Positions 9,736 to 18,942 are shown, numbered from the stretch's first letter. The stretch is DNA of 64,000 bases from Myxococcota bacterium (GCA_039028615.1 JBCCHT010000014.1:1-64000), one strand, 5' to 3'. The notes: generated from the letters alone by a model not told the origin. A program made the numbers and translations.

Positions 9736-10422
9736 ATGTCCGATCCCAGCCCCCTCGCTCGCCACGACCGGCTCGCCCGCCAGCTCTACGCGGCCCACAG
9801 TGAGCAGTTGCTCGCCTTCTTCGGCGCGGCTCACCGCGCGGGGCCCCTCGAGGCGGTGGACCTGCTGCAGCAGACGTTCGTGGAGTTGATGTCGACCCTG
9901 AAGCGACGGCCGGATCTCGAGCTTCGACATCCTCGGGCCTTCCTTTTCAAGATCGCGGTCCGTCAGCGCATGGCCGAGCTTGCCCAGGCGCGGCGGCAAC
10001 CGGGTATCGAGCCCGAGGTCTCGCCCGAGGGGCTACCCGCCGTGGCCGAGGCCGACGATCTGGAGTGGATTGCGATCCGGCACGGGGAGCATCGCCAGCT
10101 GTTTCGGGCCTTGAGGCACTTGTCGGCCGAGGACCGCTCGTCCGCGGAACGTGACCCCATGTTGCTGTATCTGCGTTTCTGGGCCGGATTGACCTTGGCC
10201 GAGGTTGCCGAGGTCCTGGAGATGACCCCCGCGGCCGTGGCCGGGCGGCTTCGACGGGCGTGTCGGCGGCTGAGAAGGCACTTGCGGGAGCTGGAGCGGG
10301 CTGGCGGTGGTCCCTCGACGTCCACCACGGTGCTCCGACGCTGGCAGGACGCCATCGCCCGGACCTCTCTGCATTCGTTGGCATCGAAGGGTCGCAACGA
10401 GGTTCCGAGCGGGGAACGGTAG
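9736..10422 (+). CDS. ECF sigma-70 factor 2, paralogue of 8860..9552
   Basis: 3' part of ORF 8827..10422: EAVDLLQQTF, FLFKIAVRQ, LRFWAGLTLAEVAEVLEMTPAAVAGRLRRA, and tail STSTTVLRRW. Confidence 0.87.
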   Translation: MSDPSPLARHDRLARQLYAAHSEQLLAFFGAAHRAGPLEAVDLLQQTFVELMSTLKRRPDLELRHPRAFLFKIAVRQRMAELAQARRQPGIEPEVSPEGLPAVAEADDLEWIAIRHGEHRQLFRALRHLSAEDRSSAERDPMLLYLRFWAGLTLAEVAEVLEMTPAAVAGRLRRACRRLRRHLRELERAGGGPSTSTTVLRRWQDAIARTSLHSLASKGRNEVPSGER

Positions 10423-10458
10423 CCGCGAGACGGGTGAGCGAGAAAAACTCGACGACGG

Positions 10459-10486
10459 CAGATCATTTCGAACGCGCCGCCGCATA
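10459..10486 (+). promoter_or_regulatory. CAGATCATT-N15-CATA putative ECF promoter, copy 4 (upstream of right NLR-like gene)
   Basis: CAGATCATT 10459-10467, CATA 10483-10486, ATG at 10495. Confidence 0.65.
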
Positions 10487-10494
10487 TCGGGTCG

Positions 10495-13400
10495 ATGGTC
10501 GCCGCAGAGACTCTCCCCTCCGACATTCTCGACGTTCTCGAGCGCGTGCTCGGCCGCAATCCCACGCTTTGGATCGGCGCGGGTGTCAGTGCTCAGGCCG
10601 CCCCTCCCCTGCCCACGCTGTGGCGGCTGGCCGAGGGGTTGCGGGAGGCGCCCATCGGCTGGAAGAAGATGCCCGAGTTCGATGACCCCTATGCCGCGTT
10701 CGATGAGGGGCTGAAACAGCGGATCTTCCGAAAGAACGAGCTGCACACCTACCTCGAAAAGCGCCTGCGACCCGACGGCAAAGACCCGAAACCGGGGCCC
10801 TTGCATCACCACCTCGCCAGCTTGGCTTGGGCGCAAACGTTCCCGTTCATTGTCGACACCAACTACGACCTGCTGCTGCGACGGGCCATGCAAGAGATTC
10901 ACGCTCCGCATACCCACAGCACGCTGGAGCAGAACCTGACGCGGCCAGGCAAAGGGTGCTGGTATCTGTCGATCCATGGCGACGTGACCGACTGGTCGAA
11001 AGTTGTCCTGACCTCGGACAGCTACGATGGCTTCGACGATCGCTATCGGTACTTGAAAGGACAGCTCGACCTTCTGCTCGCCCAACACGCCGTGCTGTTC
11101 TTGGGCTGCTCGATGCTCGACCCGCACCTGCTGGATTGGCTCGACGGGCTCGGTCTGGAGCGGCGATCCAAGCTCAACACCTGGGTTGCGCTGGTGGGCC
11201 CGGGCGGGACCGATACGCTGAAGCAGCAGACCTACAAGGGGCAATCCGTGTTCGATTTCTACGGCGACCTGCTCCACGTGCTCGAATTGCCCTCGTTCAA
11301 GCTGCTGCCCCGGCTGTTTCAGTCGCTGGCCTCCTCCGCTGTGGCAACGCGCGAGGCGAACGAACGCAGGCTGACTATCGATATACACGCCGACTCGACG
11401 CCGTGGCGGATCGAGGCCGGAGGTGAAACCCACGAGGTCGACCCGCCCGACCTGGGAAAGGCGCTGGTGGGTTTGCGAACGTTCGCCGGAAAAGGACTGC
11501 CGTGTAACGACAAGGGAATCTGCATCGACCCGAGCGGCACAGTCCTGGAGAACGAAATGCAACAGCTGGCGCGATCTACTGGACAGACACTGACAGGACT
11601 CTTACCTCCCGCAGGGCTCGGGATCCTCGAGCGGATTGCCGGCAACGCAGCAAGTCGTGGTCCAGCTCTGGTCAGCGTACGTGTCCACGGCGAAGAAGCG
11701 AAGGCCAACAACGCACTGGTCCTCCCCTGGGAGCTGCTGATGCTTGGTAGCCGTTTCCCGGTCGCTCTCGGCGAGGTCCACATCGTGCGCGAGGCAGTAA
11801 CTCCCGGCGTGACCGAGGGCCTCGACCCCAACGAGGAACCGCCAGCGCTCTCGGTAGTCGCTCACGTCGCGGCTCCCAAAGCACCCAACTTGCCCGAACT
11901 CAACCTCGAAGAAGCCAGCTATCGCATGGCCCGAGCGCTGACCCGGATCGAGGGGCAAACCCTCTTCACGGAGATGGGGACCCTCGAGGATCTAGGCAAG
12001 GCGGTCCACCGCGTATCCCCCGTCGTGCTTCATTTCGCCGGTCATGGTCTACCTGGGAAGCTCGTCTTCGAGGATGAAGATTGTGCACCCCACGGCGTCA
12101 CCGCCAACGAGTTGCTCATCGCTCTACGTCTGCAGAAAACCACACTCCCGCGAGCAATCTGGCTTTCGTGTTGTTACGGTGCAGGCCCGGGAAAACCAGC
12201 AGCTGGGGACACTCCGAGTCGAGCACGAGAATGGGGCGTGATGGCGTCGGAGTCCCCATCGATCGCTGCTGATCTGCACCGTGCGGGGATACCTCAGATC
12301 CTCGGCTACTTCGGACCAGTGCCCGACCCGCTCGCGGTGGAAGTCGACCGGCATTTGTTCGAGGGACTCGCTGAAACCGGCTACACCCTCGAAGCGGTGC
12401 GACAGGCTCGACTGCGGACCCAACAGGCAATCGACACGGGCAAAGGCTGGGCCCGATTCCCTCTCGCGTGGACCTTGCTCAGCCTCTACCATCGCGGCCC
12501 CAATCTCCCGCTGATCGACGCTACAAAGACACTCCCAAAAGCAACTGCGGCGAGACTAGTGCCCGAGCCCGAAAAGGTCCAAGGCCTCGACGTACTGGGT
12601 TTCGGCTTCATCGGCCGTCGGCGTTTGCTCGCCCGGCTTCGGCGGGAATGGGGACAAAATCACCAACGAGTGCTGGGTCTATACGGCCTCGGCGGCCTCG
12701 GCAAGACGGCGACGATGATCCGGCTGTGCCGCGTGCTGCTATCGGGAGAGCTTGTCGAGAACGAGCAATGGCAGGACAAAGCCCTCGTGCTGCCCCTTCA
12801 ACTGGTCGACGGCCAGGAGCAACTTCGCACCGAGCCCTTTGCCGTGCTGCGCGAGCTCGTCGACACGATGGTCGAGGGGCATCCGCTGTGCCCCCCCGAC
12901 TGGAACGAACGCCTCGACGCGATCGAGCAAGCCGACGAACAGTCGTCTCGCGGCCGGGCCCTCGCCGAGTTGGTGCTGTCGGTGTGCAAGGGCGGCGTCT
13001 TGTACATCGACAACGGCGAGACGATGCAGGTCGAACGAACCGAGATGGACGGTGAGCTCGACAAGGTTCCCTGGCGCTCCGAAGAGGTTGCGGCGTTCTT
13101 TCGGACGGTGTGTGGCGCGCGTCTTCCCGAGACCACCGTGCTGCTGACCACGCGCTACCGTCCCGCGGACACGCCGGGATGGTGGGCGCCCATCGAGCCC
13201 TGCTCGAAGGACGAGATCTTTCGGATGACGCGGTGGCATCCGTGGCTGCGACGGCTGCCGCCCGTGCTTCGGGAAGAGCTGGTCAGCACTCGCCTGGCGG
13301 GCCATCCGCGGGCGGTGAAGTGGGCCAACGCGCTGGTGGAGGAACAGGCGCAGCGATGGCAGGAGGACTGCGGGCAGTCGCTGCGCGAAGACCTGCCCAG

Positions 13401-14982
13401 CGATCGGGTCCGCCGCGAAGTGCTGGAGCCCGCGCTGGAAGGGCTGCCCGACAAAGCGGCGGCCGACTTGCTGCTCGAGACCCTGCTCGAGCGGCAAACG
13501 CCCGAGGCGTTGGCGCTGCTGGGCGAGTGCTGTGGCATTGGCTTGCCGGTACCGTTTCAGGTGGTGCGGCGGATGGGGGATGGTGCCGATGCCTTGCGGT
13601 CACGAGGGTTGTTGACGAGCATGCAGGAGCAGCAGTGGGGCGTGCACCCGTTCGTCCGAGAGGTGGTCGAGCGGCGTATCGACGGGCCGCCATGGTCGAA
13701 GGCAGGGCGGGGCGTGCTCGTCGACTACTGGGAGAACGTGTGTAGTAAGGGGGCGCCCGAGGCCTCGCATCGAGAGCTGCTGGAGCAGGCGTTGGCAGCA
13801 GAGCTGTGGGCCAAGGCTCGAGCTACGGTCGCCACACTGGAGGAGGCGTTCAGACGGAGGGGGTGGGCCAAGGCACGCCTGGAACTCATCGAAGGAGTGA
13901 AAGAGCAGCCTTGGCCCGACCCCGAGCGGGACTGGTTGCTTTACACGCTGTCCGACGCGTTGGACTCGATGGGTCGGTACGACGAAGCTGAGCAGGCCAT
14001 TCGGCAGAGCCTGAAGCTGTCGGAACGCGTACACGGGACACGGGAGCACGGCTCGGTGGCGGCATCGCTGCATGGGCTGGCCAACGTCCTCGAGAATCTG
14101 GGGAGGTACGAGGAGGCGAAGGAGGTGTACGAGGAGTCCATCTCCATCCAGGAGGGTGTGTACGGGACACGGGAGCACGGCTCGGTGGCGAGTTCACTGC
14201 ATGGGCTCGCCAACGTCCTCGGTCGTCTGGGGAGGTACGAGGAGGCGAAGGAGGTGTACGAGGAGTCCATCTCCATCAAGGAGCATGTGTACGGGACACG
14301 GGAGCACGACTCGGTGGCGAGTTCACTGCATGGGCTCGCCAACGTCCTCGTTGTTCTGGGGAGGTACGAGGAGGCGAAGGAGGTGTACGAGGAGTCCATC
14401 TCCATCACGGAGCGTGTGTACGGGACACGGGAGCACGGCGAGGTGGCGGCATCGCTGAGTGGGCTGGCCAACGTCCTCGTTCGTCTGGGGAGGTACGAGG
14501 AGGCGGAGGAGGTGTACGAGGAGTCCATCTCCATCCTCGGGCGTGTGTACGGGACACGGGAGCACGGCTCGGTGGCGGCATCGCTGCATGGGCTCGCCAT
14601 CGTTCTTGTGCGGTTGGGGAGGTACAAAGTGGCGGAGCGAGCGTTCCGTGAGGCCCTCGCCATCCAGGAACGAGTGTTTGGCTCCCGCCGTACTCCCGCG
14701 AGCATTTTGACGCTCGTCGTGTTCGCCAAGGTTCTCGTGCAACACCAACGCCCGCACGACGCACTGCCGCTGGCCCGAGACGGGTGGGAAGGTGCGCTCG
14801 AGCACAACTCACTGCTCGACGCGGTTCAGGCCGGTCCCATCTATGCCGTCACGCTCGCCAGGGCAGGCCAAGAGGACGAAGCCCAGCAAGTCCGCGCGAC
14901 CGTCGTTCAGCTGCTTCAGCAACTGCCCGAAGGCCACCCGGTCCGTGTGCTCGTGGAAAAGGAGTTGCGTCTGCTGCAATGA
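10495..14982 (+). CDS. SIR2-CHAT-STAND (NB-ARC-like) NTPase-TPR NLR-like protein, 1495 aa
   Basis: SIR2 motifs WIGAGVS, DTNYD, SIHGD, LFLGCSMLD; CHAT motifs LPWELL, HFAGHG, LSCC; FIGRRR, Walker A GLGGLGKT, Walker B VLYIDNGE, LLTTR, GHPRAV; tandem TPRs. Confidence 0.95.
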   Translation: MVAAETLPSDILDVLERVLGRNPTLWIGAGVSAQAAPPLPTLWRLAEGLREAPIGWKKMPEFDDPYAAFDEGLKQRIFRKNELHTYLEKRLRPDGKDPKPGPLHHHLASLAWAQTFPFIVDTNYDLLLRRAMQEIHAPHTHSTLEQNLTRPGKGCWYLSIHGDVTDWSKVVLTSDSYDGFDDRYRYLKGQLDLLLAQHAVLFLGCSMLDPHLLDWLDGLGLERRSKLNTWVALVGPGGTDTLKQQTYKGQSVFDFYGDLLHVLELPSFKLLPRLFQSLASSAVATREANERRLTIDIHADSTPWRIEAGGETHEVDPPDLGKALVGLRTFAGKGLPCNDKGICIDPSGTVLENEMQQLARSTGQTLTGLLPPAGLGILERIAGNAASRGPALVSVRVHGEEAKANNALVLPWELLMLGSRFPVALGEVHIVREAVTPGVTEGLDPNEEPPALSVVAHVAAPKAPNLPELNLEEASYRMARALTRIEGQTLFTEMGTLEDLGKAVHRVSPVVLHFAGHGLPGKLVFEDEDCAPHGVTANELLIALRLQKTTLPRAIWLSCCYGAGPGKPAAGDTPSRAREWGVMASESPSIAADLHRAGIPQILGYFGPVPDPLAVEVDRHLFEGLAETGYTLEAVRQARLRTQQAIDTGKGWARFPLAWTLLSLYHRGPNLPLIDATKTLPKATAARLVPEPEKVQGLDVLGFGFIGRRRLLARLRREWGQNHQRVLGLYGLGGLGKTATMIRLCRVLLSGELVENEQWQDKALVLPLQLVDGQEQLRTEPFAVLRELVDTMVEGHPLCPPDWNERLDAIEQADEQSSRGRALAELVLSVCKGGVLYIDNGETMQVERTEMDGELDKVPWRSEEVAAFFRTVCGARLPETTVLLTTRYRPADTPGWWAPIEPCSKDEIFRMTRWHPWLRRLPPVLREELVSTRLAGHPRAVKWANALVEEQAQRWQEDCGQSLREDLPSDRVRREVLEPALEGLPDKAAADLLLETLLERQTPEALALLGECCGIGLPVPFQVVRRMGDGADALRSRGLLTSMQEQQWGVHPFVREVVERRIDGPPWSKAGRGVLVDYWENVCSKGAPEASHRELLEQALAAELWAKARATVATLEEAFRRRGWAKARLELIEGVKEQPWPDPERDWLLYTLSDALDSMGRYDEAEQAIRQSLKLSERVHGTREHGSVAASLHGLANVLENLGRYEEAKEVYEESISIQEGVYGTREHGSVASSLHGLANVLGRLGRYEEAKEVYEESISIKEHVYGTREHDSVASSLHGLANVLVVLGRYEEAKEVYEESISITERVYGTREHGEVAASLSGLANVLVRLGRYEEAEEVYEESISILGRVYGTREHGSVAASLHGLAIVLVRLGRYKVAERAFREALAIQERVFGSRRTPASILTLVVFAKVLVQHQRPHDALPLARDGWEGALEHNSLLDAVQAGPIYAVTLARAGQEDEAQQVRATVVQLLQQLPEGHPVRVLVEKELRLLQ
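14030..14640 (+). repeat. Near-identical 129-bp coding tandem repeats (43-aa TPR units)
   Basis: Unit starts CTGGGGAGGTAC at 14098, 14227, 14356, 14485 and a variant at 14614. Confidence 0.95.
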
Positions 14983-15089
14983 GCCGTTGATTCTCCACGT
15001 TCGCCCGCCGAAGAGGCGCTGCAATCGCCGACGTTGTTCTGCGCTCGCGCCCTAGTCCAACGCCACCCGAGTACGCGACAATCCGCGGC

Positions 15090-16934
15090 GTGGTACGACG
15101 CGCGTTGATCGGATTGGCGTTGCTGGCGCCTGGATGCCAAGACGACGGAGCCAACGAGCAGCCTCCCGAAGGCAGCAGCTCGGGAACCACGGACGGTTCG
15201 ACGCCCATGTCGACCACCGAGGACGCAGTCGACTCGAGCGAGGGCGGAGAAACAACCGAAGGCCCCAGCGATCCGGGCGACCCGGTCATGCTGACCTGCC
15301 CCGAAAACCCGACCGGTCACGACCCCCTCGAACTCATCGGCACTGCGGAGGCCGGCGATGCATCGCAGTTCGTGGCAGTAGTCGCCACCGAGGAGCACGC
15401 CTTCGGCTGCGCAGAGCAAGGCGGACTCGTCGTCTGGAGCATCGTCGACCCAGCCGCACCCACGATGGTGCACGGCCCCACAGGCGACAGCTGCACGGCC
15501 CTCGGCCTGAGCGAAGACCAACTCGCCGTCGCCCGCGACGGCATGATCGAGTGGCTCGACGTCTCCGATCCGACCACGCCCGTCACCATCGCCAGCGGCC
15601 CCTTCGAGGCCCGCATCTACGACCTCGACGTCGACATCGAGACCAACACCATCCGAGCCGCCGCAGGCACCGAGGGCCTCATCAACTTCGCGGTCGAAGC
15701 CGATACCCTCGCCGAAACCAGCCGCTTCACGGACGCAGACTCGGACGCCCGCGCCCTGGTCCGCCACGAAGACCACCTCGTCGTCGCCGAAGGCACGACC
15801 GGCCTCCGCCTCTACGACCCCGCCGCCCCGAGCCTCGTCACCACCCTCCCCCTCGAAGGCACCGCCCTCGACGTCGCCCTCGACGGCAACCGAGCCTGGG
15901 TCGCCACCATCGAGGGCGCCTCAATCGCGGAGATCAACGGCGAGACCCTCACCGAAATCGGCACCCGAGCCACTCCCGGCCAAGCGCTCGGCATCACCGT
16001 GGGCGAAGGCTTCGCCGTCATCGCCGACTGGGAACTCATCAGCGGCATCAGTCGGCAGTGGCGGTCCGCCCCCGGCTTCGTCGCCGCCGAGCCCCTCCCC
16101 TCCGACACCGATCGCCCCCGCACCCGCGCCGTCACCCGAACCCCGGCCGGCCGCATCCTCGCCGCAGGCTGGGAGCAGCTATGGGTCCACGGTGCCGCGT
16201 GCCCGCCCGACGCCCCCTCGGTCTTCCCCGATCCGAGCTTCCTGCCCTTCCACGACGGCGAGGTTCAAAACGGCCAGACCACGCGCGTGCTGTCGATCCG
16301 CAACCGGGGCAACCGCGATCTCGTCGTCGAACAGATCATCCCGCCCGAGGGCGTGACGGTGACCGACGAGGAGGGCTTCGTGGTTGCGCAAGGCTCTGCG
16401 CAGGCGATCGAGGTCACCTACGATCCCGCCGCGGGCATGGTCGACGATCTCATCATCGTGAGCGACGACCCGGACCAACCGGAGATGCCGGTCGAGATCG
16501 CGGCCGGGATCTCTGGTGTCGCGATCGGCGATCCGATGGTCCCACTGCGGGCCGTGGACCTCGAAGGACGGGTCTGGACGGAGGCCGATATGGAGGGCCA
16601 GGTCGTCTTACTGGCGTACTTTGCCACCTGGTGAACGTCGTGCATCCAGGAGTTTCCTGGACTCGAGACCGACATCTGGCAGGAGTATCGCGACCAGGAC
16701 GTGCTGGTTTTGGCGATTGGACACGAGAACGTGCCCTTGATGCAGGCGTTTGCGGCCGACAACGGCAGCACCTTCCCCATCGTGGCCGAGGAATCGACGT
16801 ACGAGCGCTACATGGATCCGGGGCCGGGCAACTACTCGCTGGAGATCATCGCGGACCGCGAAGGGATCGTTCGCTTCGCGGCGCACGGCTCCTCGAACGG
16901 GCAGCTCATCTCGGAGATCATCCCCTGGCTATGA
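15090..16934 (+). CDS. Probable selenoprotein lipoprotein: LVIVD-like beta-propeller, Ig-like domain and TlpA/AhpC-like thioredoxin domain with UxxC (Sec at TGA 16632-16634)
   Basis: Lipobox LAPGC. ORFs 15090..16634 and 16701..16934 are in the same frame; read-through gives VVLLAYFATW-U-TSCIQEFPGL, the WCxxC redoxin motif position. A hairpin follows the TGA. Confidence 0.85.
16632..16661 (+). promoter_or_regulatory. Putative bacterial SECIS element
   Basis: TCCAGGA-GTT-TCCTGGA (16645-16661); the G-initiated apical loop begins 17 nt after the UGA. Confidence 0.7.
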
Positions 16935-17004
16935 CGGGGTGACGCTCGCATCGATCGGGCGTCCTTCGTACACTGGGCCACTCGTTTTCCGACAGGGCCC
17001 ACTC

Positions 17005-17667
17005 GTGACCACGCTTTCTCCGAATCCCAATCTCGGCACCCAGCAATCTCCCATCACCCTCAGCGGCCTGACCCCGGCAGAAATCGGCGTCGAGATCGGC
17101 TGGGACGCCCTCGCGCTCAACCCGGTGGCCGACGGCTACAACCCGCCGCGCAAGCTCAAGGCCTCGGCCACGCGCAAGACGGCGTACCTGCGCGTCGACG
17201 GCGAGCGGTTCGTGCCCGTCGACATGCACTGGCACTTTCCCGCCGAGCACCACCTGGGCAACAAGGGCCGCATCTACGACAGCGAGGCCCACATCGTCCA
17301 CATCCACAAGGACGACGTGCCCTGGGCCCTGCAGGGTCGGCTCGACCACTGCCGCATCGCCGTGCTCGGCGTGTTCCTGAAGTCGGGTCGTGAGCCCTAC
17401 GAGCCGTTCACCGTGGCCGGCGGAGGCCTCGAGGGTAAGCCGGTCAAGGTCGCACGCGAGGACATCCTGCCCGAGGACCTCAGCGCGATTCGCTACAACG
17501 GCTCGCTCACGACTCCGCCCTACAGCGAGAACGTCACGTTCATCATCTTCAACAACCCGAGGACCGCGACCCGCAAGCAGCTCGCCGACGACGACCTGCC
17601 CAACGCGCGGCCGATTCAGGGTCGGAACCGACGCTACTGCCTGCTGGGCGACGTGACCTGCAAGTAG
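17005..17667 (+). CDS. Alpha-class carbonic anhydrase
   Basis: QQSPI, MHWHFPAEH, EAHIVH, IAVLGVF, YNGSLTTPPYSENV, NARPIQ motifs; start approximate. Confidence 0.88.
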   Translation: MTTLSPNPNLGTQQSPITLSGLTPAEIGVEIGWDALALNPVADGYNPPRKLKASATRKTAYLRVDGERFVPVDMHWHFPAEHHLGNKGRIYDSEAHIVHIHKDDVPWALQGRLDHCRIAVLGVFLKSGREPYEPFTVAGGGLEGKPVKVAREDILPEDLSAIRYNGSLTTPPYSENVTFIIFNNPRTATRKQLADDDLPNARPIQGRNRRYCLLGDVTCK

Positions 17668-17716
17668 GTGCGGTGTAGGTCGAGCGGCGTGGATGCTCGA
17701 CCGCTCCCATCTCGAG

Positions 17717-17749
17717 ACGGGCAGCTAGAGGGTTCTAGCTGCCCGTTTT
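17717..17749 (+). terminator. Rho-independent terminator
   Basis: Perfect 13-bp stem ACGGGCAGCTAGA-GGGT-TCTAGCTGCCCGT followed by TTT. Confidence 0.7.
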
Positions 17750-17880
17750 CCGTTCGTGCCACCGAGTCCCCGGAGATTCTGCCGGCCACCGTGATCGTCT
17801 CGCCGTCGGCGAACACTACCTAGGCGCGTCGCGGTGACCACCGTCGAACGCACCTACTTGGCTTACGACGGAGTTGTCCG

Positions 17881-18942
17881 ATGGTATCTGCAATCCTGCT
17901 GGCATGGGCCGCAGCGCTGAACACCGCGCCGCCCGAGCTTCCGAACGTCCCGGGCGAGCGCCCCGAGCCGGTGGCCGAGGAGGCCGCAGCCGGCCCCGAG
18001 GCGCCCGTTCCCGTTCAGACCCCGACTGCCTCCGCCGACGAGGTTGCGCCTCCCAGCGGAGACTCAGTGCCCTCTGTGGCGTCGCCTGAACAAGCCCCGC
18101 CCGTACGGGCCGACGGGGTTCCTGCGCCCGCTAGCGTCGAGGAGGCGCCCGCAGCCGGGCCACCGCCCACGCCCCTGTGCGAGTGCGACGAGCTCGATTG
18201 GCAGTGTCGGCAAAACGCGGGCCCCGCCTGCAACGTCGCGCCGCCGCCACCGACGACGGTTGCGCCCGAATCCGCACCACTGTCGTCCCAACAAAGCGGG
18301 CGGGTCGAAGCTCTCGAGGCCGAAGACGGCAGGCCAACGACCGCGGAACCCGAGCCCGAGACCGAAGCCCGTGGCGTGTTCGTGAGCTTCGGCGGTGGCT
18401 TCGGCATCTGCCGCCAAGACGGCTGCGTATCGAGCCCCATGCTCTTCGTGGGCCGCCTCAGTACCGGCTACCGACTGCCCCACGTCGCGATCACGGCCAA
18501 CGGCATGCTCGGCGGCGGACCACAATCGGGCGGGGGCGGAGGCGTGATGATGATGACCTTCGACGCCGGAATCGACGTGTTCCCCGTGGGTGGCGGCCGG
18601 GTCGACCCCTACGTAGGCGCGGGGCTCGGCTACATGCGGGTCACCGAGTTCGACAACGGGTCCGGGTCCCCGAGCGCCGACGTGATCGACCAAGGCGAGT
18701 CTCTGTACTCGCGTCCCGCCCTGCGTTTCAGCGGCGGGATCCCGGTCATGCTCGACAGCGGCTGGGCCCTGGGCCCGCGCTTCGACTACGCCTGGGGGTT
18801 CATGGGGAGCTACTGCTCCCGCCGCGGCTCGTGCGAGTCGATCTCCTCGAGGTGGCCGGACGACCCCGAGGCGCGCCGAAGTGCCCGCAACGACTTGCCG
18901 AAGCCTTGGACGGTCACCATCGAGGCGCGTCGACGCTTTTGA
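17881..18942 (+). CDS. Exported protein with Pro-rich N-terminus and probable outer-membrane beta-barrel
   Basis: Signal-like N-terminus, amphipathic strands (VDPYVGAGLGY, WALGPRFDY) and terminal Phe. Confidence 0.7.
   Translation: MVSAILLAWAAALNTAPPELPNVPGERPEPVAEEAAAGPEAPVPVQTPTASADEVAPPSGDSVPSVASPEQAPPVRADGVPAPASVEEAPAAGPPPTPLCECDELDWQCRQNAGPACNVAPPPPTTVAPESAPLSSQQSGRVEALEAEDGRPTTAEPEPETEARGVFVSFGGGFGICRQDGCVSSPMLFVGRLSTGYRLPHVAITANGMLGGGPQSGGGGGVMMMTFDAGIDVFPVGGGRVDPYVGAGLGYMRVTEFDNGSGSPSADVIDQGESLYSRPALRFSGGIPVMLDSGWALGPRFDYAWGFMGSYCSRRGSCESISSRWPDDPEARRSARNDLPKPWTVTIEARRRF

Noticed and set aside
14030..14640. Regular direct repeats resembling a CRISPR array
   Set aside because: The period is 129 bp, in frame, with no unique spacers; they encode TPR units and no cas genes are present.
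17750..17816. Short minus-strand ORF 17634..17816
   Set aside because: It overlaps the terminator and the carbonic anhydrase end, and has no supportable homology.
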